From Oligoflexus sp. (GTDB lineage Bacteria; Bdellovibrionota_B; Oligoflexia; Oligoflexales; Oligoflexaceae), in the NCBI GenBank assembly GCA_041736305.1, contig JBGSTX010000005.1, positions 1 to 43,318 of the forward strand: DNA of 43,318 nucleotides, in the 5' to 3' direction. The notes beneath the pieces are model-generated. The model saw only the letters and a program-made list of their open reading frames with translations. It made no database searches and was not told the DNA's origin. This document shows, one piece after another, positions 8,304 to 17,801 of this stretch. The position numbers and the translations under genes are program-made. Each line of letters starts with the position of its first letter. The first letter of the stretch is position 1.

Positions 8304-9656
8304 ATGCAGATGACTCTAATATCTGGCCCCCGATCGACCGTCCCGAGTCTCCTGCGACTTGCTTTCGGAAAAAACATCACCATCTGGAGCATCCTTAGAG
8401 ATTTTCAAAATAGGTTCGGCGATATCGTCAAGGTCACACTGCCTTTTAGAGAGCCTCTGCTGCTCGTCAGCGATCCGGATATCGCCGGGAGAGTTCTTAT
8501 AGGTTCCGAAAAAATTTCGAGCAAAGGCATGATCGTCGAACGCATGAAGATTTTTTTAGGTGATGGACTTTTCACCTCGAAAGGTGATAAATGGCGCTCC
8601 CGACGCCGCTTGCTCAACCCCATGTTTCACAGTTCGCAGATAGATACCCTCGCTGTACTTATCCAATCAGAGATTCTGCAGATGTGTGATCGCTGGGAAA
8701 GTCAGTTAGGCAGCAGCGATATCATCGACCTTTCCGACGAAATGGCCAAACTTACTTTCTCTATTATCAGTAAAGCTATGTTCAGCACAGAGCCTTCCAA
8801 AAAAACGCACGCTCTCCACAAACTCATGGCTGATGCGCAGCGGATGGCTAACGCCTTCAATTTTGCGCCCTTTCTGCTGCCCTTATGGGTCCCTACGCCT
8901 TTCAATCTCAAGGTGCGGAGGATATCCAAACTTTTCGATTCCATCACCAATGAGCTCATTCAGGAGCACAAAAGCCATCCCGATCGCTATAAAGACCTCC
9001 TGACGCTTCTGCTCAACAGTCGTGATGCCGATACCGGCGCCTCTCTGAGTGAACTTGAGATTCGCGATGAGCTGGTCACTACTCTCATCTCTGGTCACGA
9101 AACTACCTCGTCGACGCTGTCTATGGGATTAGAAGCTCTTTCTCACGAGCCCCAGGTTCTTGCCAAAATGCGCGCCGAATATGAAGGTCTTGATGAGAAC
9201 AACCCCCTCAATTATAAGTCTTTGAAGTATAGTAAGCAGGTGATAAACGAGATCATTCGGCTTTACCCGGCTATTTGGGCTATAGAACGCGTGATGTTAG
9301 AAGATCTTGAGGTCAAAGGCTTCACTCTAAAGAAGAGCGATCACCTTCTGCTGCTCCCCTATCTAACGCACAGACACCCTAAACTCTGGGATAATCCAGA
9401 CTCCTTCGATCCTGAGCGCTTTTCTGAAGTACGCAGCCAGGGTCGGCATCCTTTCGCATACTATCCCTTCGGCGGTGGCGCACGAGCCTGCATTGGCGTG
9501 GGACTGGCGAAAATGGAAATTGAGATCTGTCTCTGGCAAATCGTGAAGCGTTTCGACCTGCTTCCTCTGGAAGGTTTTCACTATACCCCCATGGCGCGCG
9601 TGACCACTTCACCACAACCAAATATTAAACTCCGCATCGCTAAGCGTTCGCCCTAG
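8304..9656 (+). CDS. Cytochrome P450
   Basis: I-helix SGHETT, K-helix EIIR, FDPERF, heme motif FGGGARACIG; 450 aa. Confidence 0.97.
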   Translation: MQMTLISGPRSTVPSLLRLAFGKNITIWSILRDFQNRFGDIVKVTLPFREPLLLVSDPDIAGRVLIGSEKISSKGMIVERMKIFLGDGLFTSKGDKWRSRRRLLNPMFHSSQIDTLAVLIQSEILQMCDRWESQLGSSDIIDLSDEMAKLTFSIISKAMFSTEPSKKTHALHKLMADAQRMANAFNFAPFLLPLWVPTPFNLKVRRISKLFDSITNELIQEHKSHPDRYKDLLTLLLNSRDADTGASLSELEIRDELVTTLISGHETTSSTLSMGLEALSHEPQVLAKMRAEYEGLDENNPLNYKSLKYSKQVINEIIRLYPAIWAIERVMLEDLEVKGFTLKKSDHLLLLPYLTHRHPKLWDNPDSFDPERFSEVRSQGRHPFAYYPFGGGARACIGVGLAKMEIEICLWQIVKRFDLLPLEGFHYTPMARVTTSPQPNIKLRIAKRSP

Positions 9657-9666
9657 CGCGCGGCCC

Positions 9667-10659
9667 CTAGCTGTGGAGACTCTTTTTGAGTCGCGCAAAG
9701 CCCTCTTTCATGCTGACTCTCGCTTCGTAAGCAAGATCACGTTGGGCTGCAGCGGGATTATACCAGTGGGCTGTGCTCATCTGCGCCACCACAAAGCGCG
9801 TTAGAATCGGCTCGCTCTCAATTCTGAGAGTTCTGTAGACGGTCTCCAGAAGGCTAGCGAGTGCATACGCGACCCGAACATCGACATGTTTCGAAACGGG
9901 GGCTAGGCCCGCGGCGTCGAGGATACTGTTGATAATATCCCGCATAGGCCAGGGTTCGGCATTGCCGATGAAGTAGGCTTTGCCTCCGATCGGAGAGCCG
10001 GGTGCAAGACGATCGAAGGCACATACATGCGCCCACGCAGCATTTTCAACATAGACAGCATCTATCAGCTGCGTGGCTTCTCCCACAAGACGAAGGCGAC
10101 CTTTTCTCGCTCTATCGATAATGCGCGGGATCAGATGCGGATCACCCGGTCCCCAGATTAAATGGGGACGCAGAGCGCAGGTCGCTAGGTTTTTGTCGTT
10201 GGCTTGCAGAATCAACTGTTCAGCCTGCGCCTTAGTTTTTGGATAAGCCGCTAGAAAAGATGCAGGATAAGGCACAGACTCATCGACGTTCTCCTGATCT
10301 TTCCCATCGAAGCTAACGGATGGAGAGCTGGTATATACCAGCTGGGAGATTCCAAGTTCACGGCAGGCCCGAAGCACATTCTCGCTGGCTTGCACATTAG
10401 CGGCATAATAGGCATGCAAAGGGCCCCAGGCCCCGGCCTTAGCCGCTACATGGAATACGGCATCGACGCCGCGAAAGGCTTCCCTTACGGATTCATAATC
10501 GCCAAGATCAGCTTGAACGCAGCTGACTCCCATCGCCTCGAGATGAGGATAGCGGGCGCGGTTGATGCTGCGGAGCTGGTAGGGACGCGCCTTGAGTTCC
10601 TGCAGTATAGCAGTACCAAGAAAGCCGCCTCCTCCGGTCACCATTATAGTCTTACTCAC
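9667..10659 (-). CDS. oleD: OleD-family 2-alkyl-3-oxoalkanoate reductase (extended SDR, 3-beta-HSD-like)
   Basis: TGGGGFLG NAD(P) motif, HVAAKAGAWG, YTSSPSV, YPKTK, LRPHLIWGPGDPH. GTG start at 10659 overlaps the pfaC TGA (GTGA), so the first 70 codons of the listed ORF are probably not translated. Confidence 0.9.
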   Translation of the reverse strand: MSKTIMVTGGGGFLGTAILQELKARPYQLRSINRARYPHLEAMGVSCVQADLGDYESVREAFRGVDAVFHVAAKAGAWGPLHAYYAANVQASENVLRACRELGISQLVYTSSPSVSFDGKDQENVDESVPYPASFLAAYPKTKAQAEQLILQANDKNLATCALRPHLIWGPGDPHLIPRIIDRARKGRLRLVGEATQLIDAVYVENAAWAHVCAFDRLAPGSPIGGKAYFIGNAEPWPMRDIINSILDAAGLAPVSKHVDVRVAYALASLLETVYRTLRIESEPILTRFVVAQMSTAHWYNPAAAQRDLAYEARVSMKEGFARLKKSLHS

Positions 10660-13600
10660 GAGTTCGCTGCTTCTATCGACAGATGTTCTACTTTGTAGAT
10701 AGGAAGACCATCGCAGTAGAAAGTTCCCAGCGCTTCCAGTCTGCGATCGTCTGCCTTGCGGATTTGCAGAGCCATGCGGATCTCCTTGCTGTCGAGCCGC
10801 ACTTGGGCGCGATAGACCCAAGACTGCTTCGAACCCAGGGCCAGGCGCCAGCGCGGAACCTCTGGCCATCGGCGGTTAGCTTCTGCCATCAGCAGCTGCA
10901 GAAGCCCTTCGACTCCGAGCGAGCCAGGCATAATAGGATCTTCGAAGAAATGAGCGCGATAGTACCACTCGTCGGGATCTACCGCCTTGGCGCCGTAAAC
11001 CTTCTCGCCTGCGCTTTCCCAGGTTTCGACCATGCAGATCATCCCATGCGGGAGTGGAGAGATTACTGGATAAGGCTTTTCGATTCGCTGCTCTTCCCAG
11101 AGAGGAACGCCATGCAGAGGAAGCTGCTTGTTCAGAGATTCCCCCGCGAACATCCCAAACACAGTGCTGCCGCGATAAACTTCTCCCGACGCGTTGAAGA
11201 CCCGGAAGGCGAAATCATGGATGATGAAATCCCCACTACTGGTCATCTTCGTTACCGCAACTTCGATGGAGAGTCGTCCCGAGCCCCTGCGCACATCCTG
11301 GGAAAGTGTACCATCACCCGACAAATTCCGCAGTTTTAGGTCCTTCGGTGACTGCAGCGCGGTACCCATGTAGGCTGATAGAAAGCCGCAGGGTTGCAAA
11401 GCTATTTCCAAGAGAAGGGCCAAGGGCAAGGCGTCGTTGTAGAGTGGCCAGAACCAGGCATCGTCAGGGAGTTCATAATGAGCCAAGAGTCTTGTCCCTA
11501 CATGGGCTTCCATGAAGGGTCCTTCGACCCAGGCGACCGAATCAAGGAAACGGAAGGGTGGCCGAGGTAAACGAGGCATCTTCCGCGCTGCACCGCGATT
11601 AAAGATACTGTAATGCGGTCCAAAGCATTCAGATGGATCACCTTCGGACAAAGCCGCGACCTGTTCTGCCGTGAAACTCATCTTCTTTTGACTTTTCGAC
11701 CAGATTCCTTCCAGTTTCGACTGGGTGAAATGTGGGATTTTGAGACTCATGTCGATGATATCGACGATAGGTTTACCGTCGGCGTACATGAGAGCATCGC
11801 AGATTACGTAGGCGTCTGGTCCGTAACCGATTTCTTTGATCTCGATCTCATAGGTCGCCTTCTTCGTAGTCGCAAGCACCTGGCCCCGGCATTTCAACTG
11901 CGACCAGATACCCGGTACGGGAACAAAATCCTGTTCGCCGCTTTCCCCGACCCAACCTGAACGCATGAGAAAAACGCGCAGCGTATGGAGGCAGCACTCA
12001 TACATGAGCGTGCCGGGCATCACCTGGTCGTCAATGAAGTGACAAATAAGGAACCAGTTTTCGGGGTGCATGTCCGCTTCCCCAATGACTTTGCCGATTC
12101 CATAGCGTCCTCCGTTCGGGTCGATCTCCAAGATGCGGTGAACCAGTTTCATATCGCCCCCCGGTAGCGACTTCGGCTTCTCCAGGGGGAGTCCGGCGAA
12201 TTCAGCACCAAAACTCGCGACGTAGTCACCTCGCCGAAGAGCCTCAATCTGCATGTCGCTGAGGCTTTCCTTCCGCAAGGGTACAAACGGTGTATAGTTC
12301 CCGCTAACCTTACCGTGACCACCTTTTTCCTGCATCTTGCTGCGCTTGACACCCCGCCCTTCATTTAAAGCCGTTTCTGTGAAGAATCCAGCGCATCCAT
12401 CAACCATACTCATCATGGGCTTGTCATCGATGAAGGCCTCGAAGCTGAACTGGAAGAAGAGGGTCCCGTTCTGCTCGAAGAAGCGTTTTATCTCAATTTC
12501 GTAGCGAACCATCTCCCCGGCCCGCGGCAGCTCACGGAAAAAGCAGACCCGCGCATCGAGCAGACGGTACCCGGCATTACCTCGGGTTTGGAAATCTGAG
12601 CCGAGGAAAGCCGACAGCATGAGGTCGCCCTGCCCCGACTCGATGCAGATACTGGTCGGCATTACCTGGTCTTCAAGATACCAGGCGTCGGCATAGACAT
12701 CGTGTTCGGTGGTCATTTTGCCTGGACCCATGCTTTTCGATTCGCCTTCGATTTTCATCACCCGATGACAAAGCAGCAGTCGGTTGGCAGGCAGGCGCAC
12801 ACGCTTACTAAAACTATCGATCTCTGTGAAGTCCGGACCGAAAACATTGGCGATTTTGCCGTTAGCAAATTCCCGGCATGCGGCGTAGTCGTAGAGTGGG
12901 GGAGTTTTGTTGAAAGGCTCGTGGACCCAGGAGGAAGATTGCGATGGGTTTGTCCGATTTAGAAGCTCCAGAGCCGTGGCCAAAATACTTTGACCTTGCT
13001 CTACAAAGGCCACATATTGCTCTTGTATGGCGATGGCATCGAGCTGATCGCGTAAGAGATTGCTCAGTATCTGCTGTGCTGCAGAGCCTCTAACGGGTGC
13101 TTTATCCGCTGCTACGGGCGGTACCTGAGGCTCATCCGGCTCTGGCTCGGGCTTCTGCAGGAGCTGATTTAAAGGCAAGAGCACTTGATCCTTTCGAGGG
13201 ATCTGATAACTCTCACCTTCTACCTGTGAAGATGTGGAGACAGTCAAAGCTCCCGTCTGTTGCCATTTGACAGAGAGATCATGCTCACCTTTCAAAGTAT
13301 AAGAAGCTCGTCCGGATTCGCCTTTTTCCCAGATTTTGAGCAGCGAATGCAAGCCATGAGCCGCGCCTCGATAGGCGGAGCTGACGATGACTTTCTGGGC
13401 TGTCGCAGCTACTCTCTGCGTATGCGAAGGAATGATTTCTGACCATGCTGATCCATCGAGACTCAACCCCTTCTCGCCTTCCAAAAAAGCTTCGAGAGTT
13501 ACAGCCACGGGCAGACCTAATTCAAGGGCAAGACGCGCATCCATCAGGAGCAGCGCAACAGAACAGTCGGGTGCTTCCAGCCACTGTGTTCCGAAGCGCT

Positions 13601-15425
13601 CCAGCAGCTGACTGCGCGCTCTATGGCTGCCGACCATGTCAGTAGCCAGGACCAGGGAGGCTTCCAGATCACCGCGAGATACAAAGCGAAAAGCCAGCTC
13701 AAGTGCCTTCAGTCCTGAAGCTTCCGCCGCAGCGACCGTAAAGGAAGGACCTCCTGTCTGAAGCTCGCGGGCACAGCGCGAAGGCACGATACTCGCTAAA
13801 GAGCCCATGACCTGGTTGGCCTGGAGCGGTTGCATAAAGGGACTAAAATCGATTCCGGGGTGCTCGTTCTGTAGATCCCAGCGGACGGCAAATAAATTAG
13901 TTAGAGCATCGAGTTCCACCCCAAAAAAAATCCCGACTCGATTCAAATCCAGCTTTGGCAATCGACCGAGGCTACTCATTGCCAGCAGCGAGGCGATCTG
14001 CTGGGGTAGGATTTCCTTCATTTCCTTCGGGGGAATGCGGAACTGCCGGTACCCAAGTTCGAGATAATCGGCTCGAGGTATCAGGTCCGCAGCGCGCACC
14101 ACAGCGACTTTTTTGCGAGCGATAAGCGGAACCGGTCGCGCACTGTAATCGACACTATACTCTTCCAAAAGCAAATGAGCATTGATACCGCCGAAACCAA
14201 AGCCGCTGAGCGCGGCCCGGCGCAGAGGGCCTATAGCCTGCCAGGGCTCCGCCTTCTTCAGGATCCGGAGACCAGTGGCGGCAAGCTTCCAGCTTTCGGG
14301 TTCAGCTTCAAAATTTGCTGTGGGCCAGCATTTCTTCTCGCGGAGTGAAAGCAGGAGTTTGGCCAGTCCAGCGGTGCCGGCAGCGGTCAGCATATGACCG
14401 ATATTGCCTTTAACTGAGCCAATGACGGCGGGTGCATGCCCACGAATCTCGTGTAGGCTTCTGATTTCGGTACCATCGCCTAAAGGCGTTCCAGTTGCAT
14501 GACATTCAATAAGATTTATGGTTTTGGGATCCCAACCCGTCTCTAAGTAAGCCGCGCGCATAGCTCGGGTTTGCCCTTCCTGCGAAGGGGCCATGAGCCC
14601 TCCTTCCCGGTCGTTCGACAGCCCTATGCCGCGGATTACTGCCAGAATCGAGTCACCGTCTCTTTCGGCATCCTCGAGTCTCTTCAAAGCGAATATACCG
14701 GCGCCTTCGCCCACCATAAGACCATCGGCGCGGGCATCCAGTGGTCGCGAGACTCCCGCCCGAGAGAGCGCGCCGAGTGCATGAAACCCTACCTGCGTGA
14801 AGAGAGGATCAGGCCGACTCAGGCCCCCTGCCAGCACAAGATCGAGGCGATTTTCCATCAGCTCATCACTAGCGAGCTTCAACGCATAAAGCGAGGAAGC
14901 ACAAGCGGCGTCGAGGGTGAAGGTATTGCCGCTGATTCCTAGTGCGCGGGCGATCATCAGGCCAGGCATGGCGGCTGGTATGAGATTCACTGGATCGAGG
15001 CGAGAGAAGCTAAGTCCGCCTTGGCTTTTTACCCAATCGGCGGCCAGCTGATAAGACGCTTCGGTCGGGAGTGCGATATTCCCTATAATGATTCCGCAGC
15101 GATCCTTCGCATACCCAAGTGTTTTGCAGCCGCTAAAGGCATCGCGAGCGGCACCAATTCCTAGGTGAAAAACGGGATCAAGACGCTGCAGCAGCGTCTC
15201 TGGAATATTCAGTCCTGCGGCGTTTTCCTGCCATTTATCGACTCTATAAACCTTATTGTGTGCAAAACCTTCGTCCTCGGCTTTGCGCTTGCCTCGTTCA
15301 GCCCAGCGCTCGTTTTCGATCCTGCTGACTACATCTTGCGCGCCTTCGAGTATCTTCGCAAATTCGTCGAGACTTTTGGCAGCAGGAAAGCGTATACCAA
15401 CACTGACGATGGCGATAGATTTCAT
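10656..15425 (-). CDS. pfaC: PUFA synthase PfaC-like subunit: KS, degenerate CLF, FabA-like DH/pseudo-DH domains
   Basis: KS DAACASSL, ECHATGT, GHMLTAAG. CLF-like GPSFTVAAAEASGL lacking Cys. FabA-type CHFIDDQVMPGTL and AHFFEDPIMPGSLG. No recognisable AT GHSxG motif. Confidence 0.88.
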   Translation of the reverse strand: MKSIAIVSVGIRFPAAKSLDEFAKILEGAQDVVSRIENERWAERGKRKAEDEGFAHNKVYRVDKWQENAAGLNIPETLLQRLDPVFHLGIGAARDAFSGCKTLGYAKDRCGIIIGNIALPTEASYQLAADWVKSQGGLSFSRLDPVNLIPAAMPGLMIARALGISGNTFTLDAACASSLYALKLASDELMENRLDLVLAGGLSRPDPLFTQVGFHALGALSRAGVSRPLDARADGLMVGEGAGIFALKRLEDAERDGDSILAVIRGIGLSNDREGGLMAPSQEGQTRAMRAAYLETGWDPKTINLIECHATGTPLGDGTEIRSLHEIRGHAPAVIGSVKGNIGHMLTAAGTAGLAKLLLSLREKKCWPTANFEAEPESWKLAATGLRILKKAEPWQAIGPLRRAALSGFGFGGINAHLLLEEYSVDYSARPVPLIARKKVAVVRAADLIPRADYLELGYRQFRIPPKEMKEILPQQIASLLAMSSLGRLPKLDLNRVGIFFGVELDALTNLFAVRWDLQNEHPGIDFSPFMQPLQANQVMGSLASIVPSRCARELQTGGPSFTVAAAEASGLKALELAFRFVSRGDLEASLVLATDMVGSHRARSQLLERFGTQWLEAPDCSVALLLMDARLALELGLPVAVTLEAFLEGEKGLSLDGSAWSEIIPSHTQRVAATAQKVIVSSAYRGAAHGLHSLLKIWEKGESGRASYTLKGEHDLSVKWQQTGALTVSTSSQVEGESYQIPRKDQVLLPLNQLLQKPEPEPDEPQVPPVAADKAPVRGSAAQQILSNLLRDQLDAIAIQEQYVAFVEQGQSILATALELLNRTNPSQSSSWVHEPFNKTPPLYDYAACREFANGKIANVFGPDFTEIDSFSKRVRLPANRLLLCHRVMKIEGESKSMGPGKMTTEHDVYADAWYLEDQVMPTSICIESGQGDLMLSAFLGSDFQTRGNAGYRLLDARVCFFRELPRAGEMVRYEIEIKRFFEQNGTLFFQFSFEAFIDDKPMMSMVDGCAGFFTETALNEGRGVKRSKMQEKGGHGKVSGNYTPFVPLRKESLSDMQIEALRRGDYVASFGAEFAGLPLEKPKSLPGGDMKLVHRILEIDPNGGRYGIGKVIGEADMHPENWFLICHFIDDQVMPGTLMYECCLHTLRVFLMRSGWVGESGEQDFVPVPGIWSQLKCRGQVLATTKKATYEIEIKEIGYGPDAYVICDALMYADGKPIVDIIDMSLKIPHFTQSKLEGIWSKSQKKMSFTAEQVAALSEGDPSECFGPHYSIFNRGAARKMPRLPRPPFRFLDSVAWVEGPFMEAHVGTRLLAHYELPDDAWFWPLYNDALPLALLLEIALQPCGFLSAYMGTALQSPKDLKLRNLSGDGTLSQDVRRGSGRLSIEVAVTKMTSSGDFIIHDFAFRVFNASGEVYRGSTVFGMFAGESLNKQLPLHGVPLWEEQRIEKPYPVISPLPHGMICMVETWESAGEKVYGAKAVDPDEWYYRAHFFEDPIMPGSLGVEGLLQLLMAEANRRWPEVPRWRLALGSKQSWVYRAQVRLDSKEIRMALQIRKADDRRLEALGTFYCDGLPIYKVEHLSIEAANS

Positions 15426-15443
15426 TTTGCACCTAAGCTTCTT

Positions 15444-17780
15444 TTAGGGACCTGTCCGCTCCAGAAGGATACGGTTAGCAAACGCTTGGATCAAAGTATC
15501 GGAAACCGTGGCTTCAAAACCAGTCATCCGTGCGATCAATTCGCCATTTCGCTTCCAGATATAGGCATCTGCCTGGAGCGAGTAACTGTCTGCTGCCCTG
15601 ATGCGAATTTCTAGTATAGCCTCTTGCGTAGACCAGGGCTCAAAGTATTCAAGCCTTGTGAAGCGGCTAGGCAATCCACGCGCACCCCGCTCTACGGCAA
15701 CCCAGACAATCGCGCCCTGAAAAATCGCATCAAGCAGAGGACCTTGGGCCTCGAATGAGCGACGGATATTCCAGTCTGTCGGATCACCATGCAGACGGAT
15801 TTCTGCCACCCAACGCTCGGGCGTGCTTTCCAAGACCCTTTCAATATAATGCAGTGATGGGCCATGGAAGAGTATATCGTAAGGTCGAATAGTTTCCGTC
15901 AGGGTTTTTTCATGGGGCACAAAAGCTTCAACTTCCCCCGTGGGGAATTCGGTATACAGTTCGAGAACTGCGCTCGCATGAAAGTCGGTGCTGCCCTTTG
16001 CATTGCGACTCCAGACGCGACCCTCGTAGCTTCCCGCTGAAGTTTCTCTCACTTCCACGGCTACCCGAACTTCGCTTTCGCTGCTCAGAACGATTCCCTT
16101 CCAGAGGCGAAAACTCTTCACGCCCGCGAATTTGCGGGTAGGAAAGCGCAAACGGGCGTTCTCCGCCAGCCATTCAAGCAGAAGCGCTACAGGCACTACT
16201 GCTCGGCCGTTGATTACGTGGTCGAGAAGCATAGGGGTTGTTCGCACACTGACCGAAATGTTGCCGAACGATCCGGAGAGGTGAGGTCTAACTATCTTCT
16301 GGCCACCTTCGCCGAGCACGAGCCATTGGCCAGACCCCAGCTGGGGGCGTTCCAAAATGTAGGTCTGGAGATCAGATCCGGCTGCCATCGGTATCGTACC
16401 GAGGCCTTCGCTGGCAAAGAGTTTTTTCAAACCATCATGTACCATGCCGCCGTCCCAGGGGCCCCAGTTCATAGCTATCGTGCGGCAAGATAATTTGGAG
16501 CTGAAATAGGCGCTCGTGAGATTCAAAATTTCATTGGCGAGACCATACGCCCCCTGGCCCTTGCGTCCCATCCGTGCTGTCGAAGAGGAGAAGAAGACCA
16601 CCCAACTCGTAGCGGCTTTCGCCAGCTCTTCGAAATAGGGGAGGATCCGAAGCTTAGTATCCAATACCTCTTGGAGCTCAGCCGGGCTTTGATCGACTAT
16701 AAATTTGTCGCGAATCACGCCGGCGCCATGTATGACGCCGCGGATTATTGGATAGCGTGAGCGCAAGCTTGCGAAGGCTGCACTCAGATGCTCGTCGCGA
16801 CTGACGTCGACCGCTTCATAGACAACCTCGGAGCCCAGATCTCGAAGCGACCGAAATGTAGCTTCGATCTCGCGCTGGGAAAGTAGAGCGCGATACGCCT
16901 TTTCCAAATCTCTTGGATGCTTTAGTGCGGGATTCAGACGCAAGAGTTCGAGTTTGAGTGGGGCTCCTTCCAGGCTTCGCGTACTGACTGCTTCTTCGGG
17001 AGCTAAGGGAGTCCTTCCCCAGATGACGAATCGTGCCACTTGGCTTTTGGCCAGAGACAGAAGAGTCGAAGCGGTGACTCCGCGCGCGCCGCCCGTTACG
17101 AGCACGGTGTCACCGGGCTTGAGGATTTCTTGCGGCTCTGGGTCAGTGAATGGCTCTTCGACCAAGGCTAGACGGTAATAGGCCGCACGCGTCAGGCCTA
17201 ACTCAATAGGACCTTCCAGCAGTGAGGCTTCTAAAGCGGCTTTTGCCGTGTCGGGCACACTGCCGAAATCCCTGGCTATATCAATGGCGCGCGTATGAAC
17301 ATTAGACCATTCATGGGAGATCGTTTTAGCGAGAGAAGCTAAACTTCCGGCGAAAGCTTGGGCCAAGGAATCGAGACCCTCTTGAGCTAACAATCCGGAG
17401 TTCTCTTGAATCGTGACGAAAAATCCTTTGTGATTCTGTAAAGGGGCGGCGGCTCTAGCCAGCAGTTGATACGATAGGCCCAGCCCGTGAAACGGCTGCT
17501 CATCTGTGGGGCTGAAGAGATAGATTCCTCTGAGGTCCTCGGGGGCCCTTCGCTCTGCGGCTTCCGCCAGGGTCAGATGCTTGCTCGTGCAGGTCCACTT
17601 TCTAAGCAGACTGAGCAGTTCTATAGCCAGTGGATTATCCTGAGGACTGATAACCCATACTGTGCCCTGAGAGGGTTGCTCAATGCGGTTCGGTCCTGGT
17701 ATCCAGACTTCAGCTTCCAGTTTCCAGCAGCCTACTTGGGATAAGTCCAGTTCCGCCTTGAGCTTCTCAGGGCTTAGACT
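15444..17780 (-). CDS. pfaA: PfaA C-terminal part (KR + PKS-type DH), in the -1 frame relative to the upstream pfaA ORF
   Basis: VLVTGGARGV, HGAGV, FSS, YGLAN (KR); DHVINGRAVVP and DAIFQ (DH). The frame is open without stops for 129 codons upstream of the listed TTG at 17393, back to the A7 run, with no ATG/GTG/TTG in that stretch. Confidence 0.85.
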   Translation of the reverse strand, partial: SLSPEKLKAELDLSQVGCWKLEAEVWIPGPNRIEQPSQGTVWVISPQDNPLAIELLSLLRKWTCTSKHLTLAEAAERRAPEDLRGIYLFSPTDEQPFHGLGLSYQLLARAAAPLQNHKGFFVTIQENSGLLAQEGLDSLAQAFAGSLASLAKTISHEWSNVHTRAIDIARDFGSVPDTAKAALEASLLEGPIELGLTRAAYYRLALVEEPFTDPEPQEILKPGDTVLVTGGARGVTASTLLSLAKSQVARFVIWGRTPLAPEEAVSTRSLEGAPLKLELLRLNPALKHPRDLEKAYRALLSQREIEATFRSLRDLGSEVVYEAVDVSRDEHLSAAFASLRSRYPIIRGVIHGAGVIRDKFIVDQSPAELQEVLDTKLRILPYFEELAKAATSWVVFFSSSTARMGRKGQGAYGLANEILNLTSAYFSSKLSCRTIAMNWGPWDGGMVHDGLKKLFASEGLGTIPMAAGSDLQTYILERPQLGSGQWLVLGEGGQKIVRPHLSGSFGNISVSVRTTPMLLDHVINGRAVVPVALLLEWLAENARLRFPTRKFAGVKSFRLWKGIVLSSESEVRVAVEVRETSAGSYEGRVWSRNAKGSTDFHASAVLELYTEFPTGEVEAFVPHEKTLTETIRPYDILFHGPSLHYIERVLESTPERWVAEIRLHGDPTDWNIRRSFEAQGPLLDAIFQGAIVWVAVERGARGLPSRFTRLEYFEPWSTQEAILEIRIRAADSYSLQADAYIWKRNGELIARMTGFEATVSDTLIQAFANRILLERTGP

Positions 17781-17801
17781 TTTTTTCTGCTTGCTTCTCC
17801 T
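17745..17801 (-). promoter_or_regulatory. Putative programmed -1 ribosomal frameshift signal
   Basis: AGGAG (17801-17797), 10 nt, A AAA AAA (17786-17780) in the 0 frame, 6-nt spacer GTCTAA containing the 0-frame stop, hairpin GCCCTGAG-AAG-CTCAAGGC (17773-17755), possible outer helix GTCTA/TGGAC. Confidence 0.65.

Noticed and set aside
10660-10869. 70-aa N-terminal extension of OleD in the ORF track
   Set aside because: Lies inside pfaC in another frame; the GTG at 10659 overlapping the pfaC stop gives a normal 330-aa protein.
17391-17393. TTG at 17393 as an independent start for a stand-alone KR-DH gene
   Set aside because: No convincing SD; it would leave 380 nt of open, coding-like sequence unused in an otherwise tight operon and probably truncate the KR structural subdomain. 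Not fully excluded.
17779-17785. A_AAA_AAG (dnaX-type) heptamer
   Set aside because: Those bases are present but not in the translated 0-frame phase; the in-phase heptamer is A_AAA_AAA.
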